Source: a virus | Taxonomy: Duplodnaviria; Caudoviricetes | IMG/VR virus record: IMGVR_UViG_3300042997_000671 | Location: 1-28,810 of that record | Length of the DNA stretch: 28,810 nt | Direction: 5' to 3' (one strand) | In this document: one piece after another, positions 7,756-17,072 of the stretch | Numbering within the stretch: position 1 is the first letter of the stretch | Layout: each line of letters starts with the position of its first letter | Made by a program: the position numbers and the translations under genes | The notes under the pieces: model-generated | What the model saw: only the letters and a program-made list of their open reading frames with translations | Database searches by the model: none | What the model was told of the DNA's origin: nothing

Positions 7756-8754
7756 AATTTGATTAATCCAATTTGTTGTGTTTGGAATTGATTCGCCTAA
7801 TTTATCAGCTAAATACATCTGCATAAACATATGCTTATTTAAACTATAAGAATTATTAAAACTTGTTTTAATCTCATCTTGATTTCCTTCTGATAGTGGT
7901 ATAGTTTGTAAATCCATCAGTTGTCTGTTTATATCTAATTGATGGCTTCTCTCTATAATCGAAGCATATAGATCATGTTCATTTACCTTTCCAGCAGAAT
8001 AAGATAGTATTTCGCTTAATTCTAATTTTCTATCTTCTAATAAATTAGGAAATAATTTAATTAGCTTTTTAGGCCCTAATCCTAATACACCAGGTAGATT
8101 ATCTGAAGCATCTCCCATTAATATTTTATAATTAATAAAATTATGATGACTAACTCCAAATTCCTCTAATATATCTTTAGGTTGATATATTTTTTTCTTT
8201 GTAGGTGAATATACTTGGGTTTTAGGGCTAAGTAACTGCAAGAAGTCTTTATCAGACGACATTAATGTTACTTGTTTAGTTGCTTGATATTTTTCAAATT
8301 TAATTGCTAGATATCCCATAACATCATCTGCTTCAATTCCATCTATGCAAATTATTGAGACTGGTAAGCATTGTAGATATTGAATTAATCTACCCATTTG
8401 ATTATTGATGGATTCTGATTCTTCTTCCTTATCGCTAAATATATTATAATTAGTCATTCGACTTTTATTTCTATTTGCTTTGTATTCAGGATATAGATTT
8501 CGTTTATTATTAGAACCCCCAATACCATCAAACACAATAACTACTTTAGTAGGATCTATTGTACGTACAGCATACCCTAATGACTTTAAAAACCCAGTGA
8601 GCCCACCAATGTGGGCTCCATCTGGATTAATATGGTTGATCATTGTAAAGCTTCTCAAGAATGTATTTAAACCATCAATTATTAAAATTGAATCTTGAGC
8701 ATTACGTGGTGTATTATTTATTCCTGATATTATTTCAGCATACTTATTCTTCAT
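7732..8754 (-). CDS. 5'-3' exonuclease / flap endonuclease (PolI N-terminal, T4 RNase H-like)
   Basis: LIIDGLN, VFDG, YPEYKANR, EADDVMG, SSDKDFLQL and the H3TH motif LMGDASDNLPGVLGLGPK. Confidence 0.93.
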   Translation of the reverse strand: MKNKYAEIISGINNTPRNAQDSILIIDGLNTFLRSFTMINHINPDGAHIGGLTGFLKSLGYAVRTIDPTKVVIVFDGIGGSNNKRNLYPEYKANRNKSRMTNYNIFSDKEEESESINNQMGRLIQYLQCLPVSIICIDGIEADDVMGYLAIKFEKYQATKQVTLMSSDKDFLQLLSPKTQVYSPTKKKIYQPKDILEEFGVSHHNFINYKILMGDASDNLPGVLGLGPKKLIKLFPNLLEDRKLELSEILSYSAGKVNEHDLYASIIERSHQLDINRQLMDLQTIPLSEGNQDEIKTSFNNSYSLNKHMFMQMYLADKLGESIPNTTNWINQIFGGLDSF

Positions 8755-9841
8755 TATTGTCTATTTCTACCATTGGTGAAATTTTATTAGATTCATCCCA
8801 TTCTGAGTCATCTACTATTATCTTTAATGAATCTACATCTACCTTTTCTCCAAACCACTCATGTGCATGTTCAGCTTTATATGCTTTTTCAGCATCTTTA
8901 TCATCTAACATAAAACCATGAGGTGTAACAATAACAGTTGATGATGTTGCTACTCCACAATCGGCATGAATTTTATCAATAGCGATTTTAGTACGTTTTG
9001 CAAATTCAACTTTTTTACCTTTATGTTGAGCACTAATTTTAGATGTTCCACTATTGGTTATATTACCGAAAGTAATAACAATCGCTGCATCCCAATACAT
9101 TGCATTTCCTCCCTTATTAGTCATTTTTGGTTGACTCATAGGACTTAAAGCAGGTTGAACACCTGTTTTGTTAATAGCAAATAATGTATTAGTATAAGGA
9201 TATTTTTCTTTACGTGATAATGGAAATTGTTGATTAATGAAGTTACCAAATTGGGTAGCCATAGCTCCAGCGTTCCACATAGGGTTATTATTTCCTTGCT
9301 TAACACTCATTTCACATGGTATTGAACCTACTGAATCCCATAAAAATAATAAATCATATGGTAATTTACCTTTTGATTGTTCATTTAAAATATCAGCAAT
9401 GAAACCAGATACATCTTCAATAGTATTTAATGAAGCTCTATCCACATATAGGAAAAAACCTTGATAATCTATTTGACCTGTTTCTTCATCTATATCTTCA
9501 ATTAGTTCAAAACCCATTGTTTTAGCATGGGCGAAATCCCATTTCATCTCAGTAATGATAAATACAGGTAGTATTCCCATTTTTTGAGCAGTTACCGCTG
9601 CTTCAATTAATAAAGTAGTTTTACCTGTATCCGATCCTCCTCGGGCTAACACTACCTGGCCCATAGGGATACCAGGTATTGAAAGCGCATCTTTTACTGC
9701 AGGTGAAAAAGGAATCCATCGCTGTTTCTTAAATTTAGATGATTGATCTAAAAATTTAGATTTTTTGAAAGCATTTATATCAAATGGTTTCTTTAAGCCG
9801 CCTGATATTACAGACGTTAAGGTTTCCTGTTTCTTAGTCAT
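8744..9841 (-). CDS. RecA/UvsX-like recombinase
   Basis: GIPMGQV, Walker A GGSDTGKTT, ITEMK, Walker B FLWDSVGS and KGGNAM motifs. Confidence 0.88.
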   Translation of the reverse strand: MTKKQETLTSVISGGLKKPFDINAFKKSKFLDQSSKFKKQRWIPFSPAVKDALSIPGIPMGQVVLARGGSDTGKTTLLIEAAVTAQKMGILPVFIITEMKWDFAHAKTMGFELIEDIDEETGQIDYQGFFLYVDRASLNTIEDVSGFIADILNEQSKGKLPYDLLFLWDSVGSIPCEMSVKQGNNNPMWNAGAMATQFGNFINQQFPLSRKEKYPYTNTLFAINKTGVQPALSPMSQPKMTNKGGNAMYWDAAIVITFGNITNSGTSKISAQHKGKKVEFAKRTKIAIDKIHADCGVATSSTVIVTPHGFMLDDKDAEKAYKAEHAHEWFGEKVDVDSLKIIVDDSEWDESNKISPMVEIDNNEE

Positions 9842-9843
9842 AA

Positions 9844-10689
9844 TTATTCGTCAAATAAGCTGTCAAATTCGTCAGCGTGGCTTTTCTTAGCCGCATCTGT
9901 TTTTAATGAGTACGCTGGTGTTGGTTTAGTTTCCTCTTTTTCCCAAGGTGCATTACCTACTGTTGTCTCTTCATCTTCTGCTGTCGCGGATGCTACAGGC
10001 GTTTCTGATTCTTCAGCTGTTTCTTCTGGGTTTAGCCATTTGTTTAACACTTCTTGTAAATCTTCAAACACATAGCGTTTGTTAATAGCTAAAATATCAG
10101 GTTGTTCTTCTAATAATTTTTCTACTAATGCACCATCTTCTGAAATAGGTGTTGTTTTAGGTTTAACGCGGAGGTTACATTTAACTACTTTTCTATTTGC
10201 TACTGTATCTTCAACAGCATCAATTGTGAAATCACGACCTTCTGAAATGTCTGTGTAGTCACCATAGTCTTCGTCTGAAGCAATACCTAATAATTGCTCA
10301 TACGTTAATTTTCCAAATTCCCATAGACGGGCACCTTTATCTTCTTCTCCACGTACGATTACAGGAGCGAAATAACGGATTTTTGGTTCAATTTTTTTAG
10401 CTAATTGCCAATCTTCTTTATCAGATGATTTGCGTAATTGTTTAGTGAACTCTACAATAGGATCTTTTTCGCCCCAATTAGTCAATGCTAAGATTGGACC
10501 TTTAGAGAACCCATAGTGAAGATAAATCTCACGAAACGGATTAGCTTTGTCAAATTTTGAAGGTAAAATACGCACTTGGTGTTTACCTGGTTTTGGTTTC
10601 CAAAAAATTTTGGAATAGTCGATCTTCTCACGGGGTTTGCCCTTTGTTTGTGAATCCGCTAACTTTTGTTTGATTAATGATAAATCCAT
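9844..10689 (-). CDS. single-stranded DNA-binding protein (T4 gp32-like)
   Basis: FWKP...VRILP, DPIVEF, LWEFGK, DYTDISEGRDF and an acidic tail ending DEFDSLFDE. Next to the recombinase. Confidence 0.85.
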   Translation of the reverse strand: MDLSLIKQKLADSQTKGKPREKIDYSKIFWKPKPGKHQVRILPSKFDKANPFREIYLHYGFSKGPILALTNWGEKDPIVEFTKQLRKSSDKEDWQLAKKIEPKIRYFAPVIVRGEEDKGARLWEFGKLTYEQLLGIASDEDYGDYTDISEGRDFTIDAVEDTVANRKVVKCNLRVKPKTTPISEDGALVEKLLEEQPDILAINKRYVFEDLQEVLNKWLNPEETAEESETPVASATAEDEETTVGNAPWEKEETKPTPAYSLKTDAAKKSHADEFDSLFDE

Positions 10690-10717
10690 AATATATAACT
10701 TTTATTTGTTTAATTCT

Positions 10718-10749
10718 TAAATGTATGATTTTTGCTTTGACAAGCCAAA
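10718..10749 (-). promoter_or_regulatory. Bacteroidota-type sigma70 promoter upstream of SSB
   Basis: Minus strand TTTG-N20-TACATTTA in an intergenic gap. Confidence 0.65.
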
Positions 10750-10766
10750 CTTAAAGAAAATAGTAT

Positions 10767-11231
10767 TTAAAAACTTACTATTTTAAAAATAACAGTGTCC
10801 AGTTTACGAATGTCTGGCCCGTTAGTTAATAATATGCTATTACGATAATTATTCCATTCTATGATGAATTTATTATCTAACATACCGTTATTTAGTGATT
10901 TAATTAATGTATTTAAAGCATTAATTGTATATAACGTATTTGATTCTTTTTTACGATGTAATAGAATGGTATGTTGCATCGGAGCGCTAGTAGCGTTATT
11001 CATATCTATGTTATAAGTGCATATTAGCTCATCACTCTGTGGTGATTCCAATACGAATATCTTATTGTATAATATACTATATCGTCTATTTATGTTCTCT
11101 AATGTTTTGTCTAGTTCTGCCTGTGGTGTAAACGTGCAAAATAATTTCTGACCCATATTTTCGGTTAATAACGGCATTCCATTATCTATAAATATACTGG
11201 GGGTATTGATAAACGATATTTTCTGGTTCAT
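10767..11231 (-). CDS. hypothetical phage protein (true start possibly 11156, MGQKLFCTF)
   Basis: Ordered-looking core LFCTF...CTYNI...LHRKKESNTLYTINALN. An ATATTTAT motif at 11188-11195 suggests a downstream start. Confidence 0.75.
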   Translation of the reverse strand: MNQKISFINTPSIFIDNGMPLLTENMGQKLFCTFTPQAELDKTLENINRRYSILYNKIFVLESPQSDELICTYNIDMNNATSAPMQHTILLHRKKESNTLYTINALNTLIKSLNNGMLDNKFIIEWNNYRNSILLTNGPDIRKLDTVIFKIVSF

Positions 11232-11233
11232 AA

Positions 11234-12529
11234 CTATATTTTCTCTAACTCGTGGTAATTTTTTCCTTTTTTAATGTTTACTGGGTATTGTAGTAGTTGT
11301 TGTATTTTGATTAGTGTTTCTTTGCCATCTTCACGTGCGAAGTCAATTAGAAACGCATCATATGTGTACAATACTAATTTTGTTTTTTTATCTTTAAGAT
11401 ATTCTAATACAGGTGCTAATAACTCAATATTACGCGACGTTTCACGGCTTTGAATTATATAACTTAACAATTTAGATGATGTCATTGTTGGCTCAGTACG
11501 GAATACTTTATTTGTAGTTTTTACAAATCCACCATATTGGTATGTATCCCATAACTCATCAGTAAGCATTGCTACTTCCCTAAAGAAAGGTTTATCTATA
11601 TATTCTTTCCAAACACCCCCATATAATTGTTTAAATGTTAATTCTTTAGCTTCATCTACAGTTACATCTAATAATTCACTTAAATATTCATATGTGTTTT
11701 TATCTTTAGGAAATGTAAATCCTATTTTTTCACTAATTAATCGTGGGTGGTAACCTTGAAAATCAAATTCAATAAATAAATCATTCGATGGTTTGAATGT
11801 TGCTCGTTCACCATTCGTTTTATTTAATGCTGAAAAGTTAGTGTTATTAAATTTATTTGATGGTCGTCCTGTAGTAGTATATAGATTGTATTGAGTGTAT
11901 ATTTTACCTTTAAAGACATTAAATTCTGGGTATTTGGTGTTGCTGTAGAATTCAATGAAGTGTTTTTTATCTAACTTAATACCATTTTGCTCTAATTCCC
12001 AAAACACTTGTGTTGTTTGTTCATTGTTGAACTTATACACGCTATCTAATGCGTTGTATGAATTAATAGTTGATTGTACTAAATCAAACAAATTTTCCTC
12101 ATTCTCATAATGTTTGCTAATAGGAATCAGCGCATTAAGGTTAGATACACTAGGATATCTTTGATAATACCATTTAATGCAGTTGTTGTTTGATAGCTTA
12201 TCTTCGCTTATTTCATGCAGAAAATTAACATCATATAGCTTGTTGGGGTACGGAAAATGATACATTGCCTCTTTCTTTTGAGGCACGAATAATTTCTGTG
12301 TGTTGTTGTTAATCCAATCAAATACTGTTTGTTGGTCTAATGAAAATGATTCACTATGCTTTAAACACAAAATATATCCTTTATGGTCATTTAGTGGCCT
12401 AATGTATATTAAGCTTAATGATGTTAATTTAGGATGAAAATTATTATTTTGTGGTATAAAATCAATGAAGCAATCTTCAAATGGACCTAACTTTTCTAAT
12501 TGGCTTTCTCGTTCGATGACGTAAAACAT
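11234..12529 (-). CDS. short, divergent family A DNA polymerase
   Basis: TTGRPSN (compare TGRLSS), motif A EFDFQGYHPRL, motif B AKELTFKQLYG, IQSRE, motif C LYTYDAFLID. N-terminal region looks like a degenerate 3'-5' exonuclease. Confidence 0.8.
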   Translation of the reverse strand: MFYVIERESQLEKLGPFEDCFIDFIPQNNNFHPKLTSLSLIYIRPLNDHKGYILCLKHSESFSLDQQTVFDWINNNTQKLFVPQKKEAMYHFPYPNKLYDVNFLHEISEDKLSNNNCIKWYYQRYPSVSNLNALIPISKHYENEENLFDLVQSTINSYNALDSVYKFNNEQTTQVFWELEQNGIKLDKKHFIEFYSNTKYPEFNVFKGKIYTQYNLYTTTGRPSNKFNNTNFSALNKTNGERATFKPSNDLFIEFDFQGYHPRLISEKIGFTFPKDKNTYEYLSELLDVTVDEAKELTFKQLYGGVWKEYIDKPFFREVAMLTDELWDTYQYGGFVKTTNKVFRTEPTMTSSKLLSYIIQSRETSRNIELLAPVLEYLKDKKTKLVLYTYDAFLIDFAREDGKETLIKIQQLLQYPVNIKKGKNYHELEKI

Positions 12530-12576
12530 ATTTTTATAACCTTTATTTTTTTAAATATACAATCTTTATTTTGACT

Positions 12577-13089
12577 TTATATTTCTTTTGACAAGAATCC
12601 TTTAATTCCAGGAAATATAGCTTCAGCTGTATCTAATTCATTTGATCCAACATATATGTTTTCTCGTTTTATTGCTATAGTCTGATATATAGGATTATTT
12701 CTAATTTGTTTGAATGTGTCTTGGTTTACTTCTCTAATTAATATAGGAGTAGAGTTTGTTTGTTTAATAAAATATCTAATTGCTCCTTTATTAGAATTAG
12801 GAGGAATACCAGCAGGTGTGCTTGTGCTGTTAGCTAAAAATGTAATTGCATTGTTACTTAATACACCATAAACTGATGAAGGTAGGCTATTAAATACATT
12901 TAGTTTTTTTGATGATCCTGGAGTTAGTTTTTTAATTTCTATAGAAGTAAAATCTACAGTTTTTCCTATAAAATATCTTCCATTATTTTCCCAGTAAAAT
13001 CCCGAATAGATGCTATTTGTAGTAGGATCTATAAATTCACCTCCAGAGGTGTATTGGTTTTCTTTTATTTGGTTTTTAGGAAATCTCAT
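12577..13089 (-). CDS. hypothetical protein at the end of the baseplate operon
   Basis: 170-aa ORF starting 2 nt after the hub gene stop. No recognised motif. Confidence 0.7.
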   Translation of the reverse strand: MRFPKNQIKENQYTSGGEFIDPTTNSIYSGFYWENNGRYFIGKTVDFTSIEIKKLTPGSSKKLNVFNSLPSSVYGVLSNNAITFLANSTSTPAGIPPNSNKGAIRYFIKQTNSTPILIREVNQDTFKQIRNNPIYQTIAIKRENIYVGSNELDTAEAIFPGIKGFLSKEI

Positions 13090-13091
13090 GT

Positions 13092-16000
13092 CTATGCGTA
13101 TATGCCTACTAAAGCACCTATTTTTTTACCTGTTTGATTTATTAAAGAATTTTTATTTTGTATTCTAGCATCAACAAATATTTTTACTAATTCATCACTG
13201 CTAGTAATTCCACTTGCATATTTGCTTTCTATTGTTTTTGCAAATTTTTCAAACCATCCTTCTCCATTATATGTTGCATACACGAAGTTAAATAATAATC
13301 TACCATCGGATTGGATTACTTGTTTTACTTTTGGATTTTTTACATACCTATTTAAAAGATAATTAAAATCAACTTTTATAGCTTCTGTTGCTGCTTCTAA
13401 TAATTGTTTTTTAATTGGGTCTTTAGGTATGAAATTAAACGACCAGTTATTTACAGCATTAGATATATCTATTATACTCCAAAATCTTTTACCTTCAGCT
13501 GAATTAGTAATTCTAGTAGATGAGTTTTTTCTATCTAAACCAAACATAGTTTCACCAGAAGTACTATATCTATTATCCATAACTCTTCCATCTTTTAACA
13601 TATTAGGATGGAAATATCCTCCTTCTAAATTATCAATTACTTGTTTAACTATAACACTAAAGTCAGTTGTTTCTTTTTTAACTATTCCGTATGGAACACC
13701 TGATTTAGAAACAATGTTGATTTCACCTCCAGTTGATATGTTTACTTGAGCTCCTTCACCTGCTGCTGTTAAAGCAGTATTTAAATCAAATGCTGGTTGA
13801 TCACTATCTTCTAATATGATTGTTTGAGCGTCAATTTGAGTAACCCAATCTGAATTAGATACTCTATGGCCTAATTTAGTTATAATATATCCTAATTTTC
13901 TTCCTACTTTAGCACCTGATATTTCTTCACCTTTATATCCTGCTGGGAGTAATTCCTGAGGTAATCTAAACATATGGCCTATAACTAAACCACCAATGCC
14001 ATCTAATTCTAATGATACTATTGTAGGTATAATAGCTTTAAATGAAGCATCTGATTTGGTTAATGCTTTATAAACCATGATTAGATCCCTTAAAGAGTTC
14101 TTATATTTTTCAGCATTATCTAAATTAAATTCTCTTTGAGAAAACCACTCAAATCCAGGTATCCAACCTAAATCTGTTATAAATGTATTTAAACTTCTTA
14201 AAGCAGATGAAAGTGTTGTCACTAGTTTAAGTTGATCCTCACTTTTATTATATGATAATGAAGATGCTGGTGGTCCAATATCTGGTAGTATTCTGTTTGT
14301 TATTCCGTAGTTAAATCCTACTAATGTTTCATTATCTAAACCAAGTATACCACCTCCATTTTGAGCACTAATAGCAACTATACTACTTTGTTCTTTAAAT
14401 ATTTGAGATGTTATTTTATATGAACGAACATTATTAAATAAACCATCGAATTTAGTTCCAGGACCGGTTGCTTCTTTACTTAAAAATGTAAATGCATTAT
14501 CGTATGCTGTGTTTACATTCATTTCATCAATGTAGTTAACATCTATAATTCTACCTACACCATCAGCTGGGTCAGCGTGGATTTCAAAGTTATTTAAGCT
14601 ACCAATTGAACCTTGTACTTGGTTCATTAGTTTTTTAATAAAATCGTATAGATTAATTTCACGTTTTTCTTTAACGTCATTTGCTTCTAATCCACTATCT
14701 AAAGATAATAGAAGAATATTATTTAAATTAATGTATATAGCTCCTATATTACCAAAAATACCATTTGATGTTTGTTTAAAATAATCTTTAGTTAATTTAT
14801 CTAAAAATGATAAATTTTCAACTTTAAGATCAGGTAAATTATTTAAATTAAAATTGGTTATATTAGTTTTAACAATATTAGAAGCAGCAGAACTTATATC
14901 AGCCGCTGGTACATAATATGTTCTATATTGAGCACCTAATATTGCTTCAGTATCGCTAGTGCCTAAATTTTCTTCTAATGTGTTAATTAAACTAAATCTA
15001 GATACTGTTGTTATTTCAGAAGAATAATATGCGTTAAGGTCATCAGCAGTAATTGGATCTTTACCTTCTTCTATAAATTTAGCTCCAATTAATGTTTTTT
15101 TATCTGTAGTTAGTATTCTATATGTTATTGATCCTTCTCCAGTTAATGCTTCGTTAGGTGTATTTTTGTATTTATACTCTTCAAAAGCATTAGCTAATAT
15201 TTGTCCATATCTAACTTTAGATATTTTTCTACTTTCAGCTGAAGCAATGTAACTATTAAAATATATTTTAGCATTATCAACATCATCAAATACACCACTA
15301 GTAGCATATCTGTTTATAGTAGATTTAGCAAGATTAGTTATGAATTCTTCACCTTTTATTACGTTAATAATACCAGCAGGAGTATAAATACTATTCTTAA
15401 TATTATTAATGTTTTTAAAATTAGTATTTTTAATTAAACATATTGTTGGGTCTACTGATATTTGTAATGGATGAGATAAACATAGTAAATCTGCAGCTGT
15501 TTTATCTGCTTTATAATATGTTCTATCTTTAGTAGATATAGATACTATAGGTGTTTTTGATGTTCTTTCATGTGGCATTACCCAATTAGTTAATATTTTA
15601 GTAAACGAATCTAAATCAATATAAACTTGCTTATCTAAATGAATACCAGGTAATCTCTTATCTTCTTTTTCTTTATCATCACCTCCTGATGTGCCATCTA
15701 CATCAATAAAGAACATATTAAGGTTATGTCCTTTAGTACCAGTAATATTTCCTTTGTTGTCTGTATAGATCCATCCATTTCCTTTTTCAGGTGCTTTGTA
15801 TGTATCCTCATCTTGAAAATATTTACTATGGTCTGTTCCCATTAATGTATAAGCAGAGAATATTAATTCACTTGCTATACCTGCTATGATGTTATTTTCA
15901 TATAGCGAAGCCATATTTCTACCATATTGAGGTTTTATATATGAAATACCATCTTGGTTTTTTTCCTTAGCAAATAATAATCCACCTTCTAAATTACTAG

Positions 16001-16760
16001 TAGATATGAAGTTAGTACTGTAATTTACTTTAAGTGATTCTAATATTTCACCTGTAGATATAATTTCTGTTCTACAATCATACCCACCATCTGGTCTAAG
16101 AGACCATTCATAATTTTTAACATATCCTAATATTGCTTCATAATTACCATCATGTGCTCCCGAATTATTATATACTTCAGTTAAACGAGTTTGTAATGGT
16201 TTTACAGAATCCTTATTAAAAATATCATAGAAATTAATATTGTTTTTAAGTCCATGGTTGTTGTCTAAATAAGGCAACCATCCCCATTCAATTAAAGATA
16301 GGAATCCAGGACGCATATATAGCAACTCAAATAATTCAAGTTGTTTAATATCCCAACAATTAAATGTTACTGTTGCTGTACGTATTGATCCGTATGCTGA
16401 TTTTGATTGAACATCTAAACCAGTAATACCTGGCATTGGTCTTAAACCATATAAGTTATTAGAGCCTAAAGTAGTGCCACTGTATGCTTTAGTATTAAAA
16501 TTACTACCTACACCTTGGCGTAAATCATATTTGTCATATCCGTTTATTTGACCAAAACGATCCAACACACCACCTTGCATTACGTTTTGTTTAGCTAGAT
16601 CAGAGCTGTTATTGATGTCAACGCCTGATGTCATCCTTACCCAAGCAGCACGCCCATTAATGTATATTATATCAGTAGAGGAGCGGCCTAAAAATGCTTC
16701 TCCTCTTACTTTTAATTGATCTCTTACCTTATCGGTAAAACTGTCCTTAAATATACTCAT
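13092..16760 (-). CDS. large baseplate hub/tail-tip protein with C-terminal GH108-like peptidoglycan hydrolase
   Basis: Follows tape measure, tube initiator and LysM genes. Hub-like segments RPMPGIT...LYMRPG..EWGW and LELDGIGGLVIG...ITKLGHRVSNSDWVTQID. C-terminal IDNLEGGY...SGETMFGLD resembles the GH108 EGGY...GET.xGI motif. Confidence 0.65.
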   Translation of the reverse strand: MSIFKDSFTDKVRDQLKVRGEAFLGRSSTDIIYINGRAAWVRMTSGVDINNSSDLAKQNVMQGGVLDRFGQINGYDKYDLRQGVGSNFNTKAYSGTTLGSNNLYGLRPMPGITGLDVQSKSAYGSIRTATVTFNCWDIKQLELFELLYMRPGFLSLIEWGWLPYLDNNHGLKNNINFYDIFNKDSVKPLQTRLTEVYNNSGAHDGNYEAILGYVKNYEWSLRPDGGYDCRTEIISTGEILESLKVNYSTNFISTSNLEGGLLFAKEKNQDGISYIKPQYGRNMASLYENNIIAGIASELIFSAYTLMGTDHSKYFQDEDTYKAPEKGNGWIYTDNKGNITGTKGHNLNMFFIDVDGTSGGDDKEKEDKRLPGIHLDKQVYIDLDSFTKILTNWVMPHERTSKTPIVSISTKDRTYYKADKTAADLLCLSHPLQISVDPTICLIKNTNFKNINNIKNSIYTPAGIINVIKGEEFITNLAKSTINRYATSGVFDDVDNAKIYFNSYIASAESRKISKVRYGQILANAFEEYKYKNTPNEALTGEGSITYRILTTDKKTLIGAKFIEEGKDPITADDLNAYYSSEITTVSRFSLINTLEENLGTSDTEAILGAQYRTYYVPAADISSAASNIVKTNITNFNLNNLPDLKVENLSFLDKLTKDYFKQTSNGIFGNIGAIYINLNNILLLSLDSGLEANDVKEKREINLYDFIKKLMNQVQGSIGSLNNFEIHADPADGVGRIIDVNYIDEMNVNTAYDNAFTFLSKEATGPGTKFDGLFNNVRSYKITSQIFKEQSSIVAISAQNGGGILGLDNETLVGFNYGITNRILPDIGPPASSLSYNKSEDQLKLVTTLSSALRSLNTFITDLGWIPGFEWFSQREFNLDNAEKYKNSLRDLIMVYKALTKSDASFKAIIPTIVSLELDGIGGLVIGHMFRLPQELLPAGYKGEEISGAKVGRKLGYIITKLGHRVSNSDWVTQIDAQTIILEDSDQPAFDLNTALTAAGEGAQVNISTGGEINIVSKSGVPYGIVKKETTDFSVIVKQVIDNLEGGYFHPNMLKDGRVMDNRYSTSGETMFGLDRKNSSTRITNSAEGKRFWSIIDISNAVNNWSFNFIPKDPIKKQLLEAATEAIKVDFNYLLNRYVKNPKVKQVIQSDGRLLFNFVYATYNGEGWFEKFAKTIESKYASGITSSDELVKIFVDARIQNKNSLINQTGKKIGALVGIYA

Positions 16761-16764
16761 AACA

Positions 16765-17070
16765 CTATCTTGCTTTATTAAAGTTATTGTATTGCGTGAT
16801 TACATCGCTTATATTAACCGGTATCCTTAATTGTGTACCAGGCGTTGGATTTAATAGGCCTTTGGTTATATTGTTGTTAGCGGCTGCAATTACCCACCAT
16901 AATGTTGAATCACGATAATAAGAATACGCTAATGAATCAAGTCTATCTCCAACAGTTGTTATCACATACACATCGCTAGATGATAATGGGACATTAGGAT
17001 AAAATTTGCCTTTAAAATATGGCTTTTTATCCTCTGTTTTTAATATAGTTGAATTATCGTATCTATTCAT
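16765..17070 (-). CDS. LysM-like baseplate wedge protein (T4 gp53 / P2 gpX-like)
   Basis: VGDRLDSLAYSYYRDSTLWWVIAAANN...PGTQLRIP is a LysM-type signature. Confidence 0.85.
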   Translation of the reverse strand: MNRYDNSTILKTEDKKPYFKGKFYPNVPLSSSDVYVITTVGDRLDSLAYSYYRDSTLWWVIAAANNNITKGLLNPTPGTQLRIPVNISDVITQYNNFNKAR

Positions 17071-17072
17071 TT

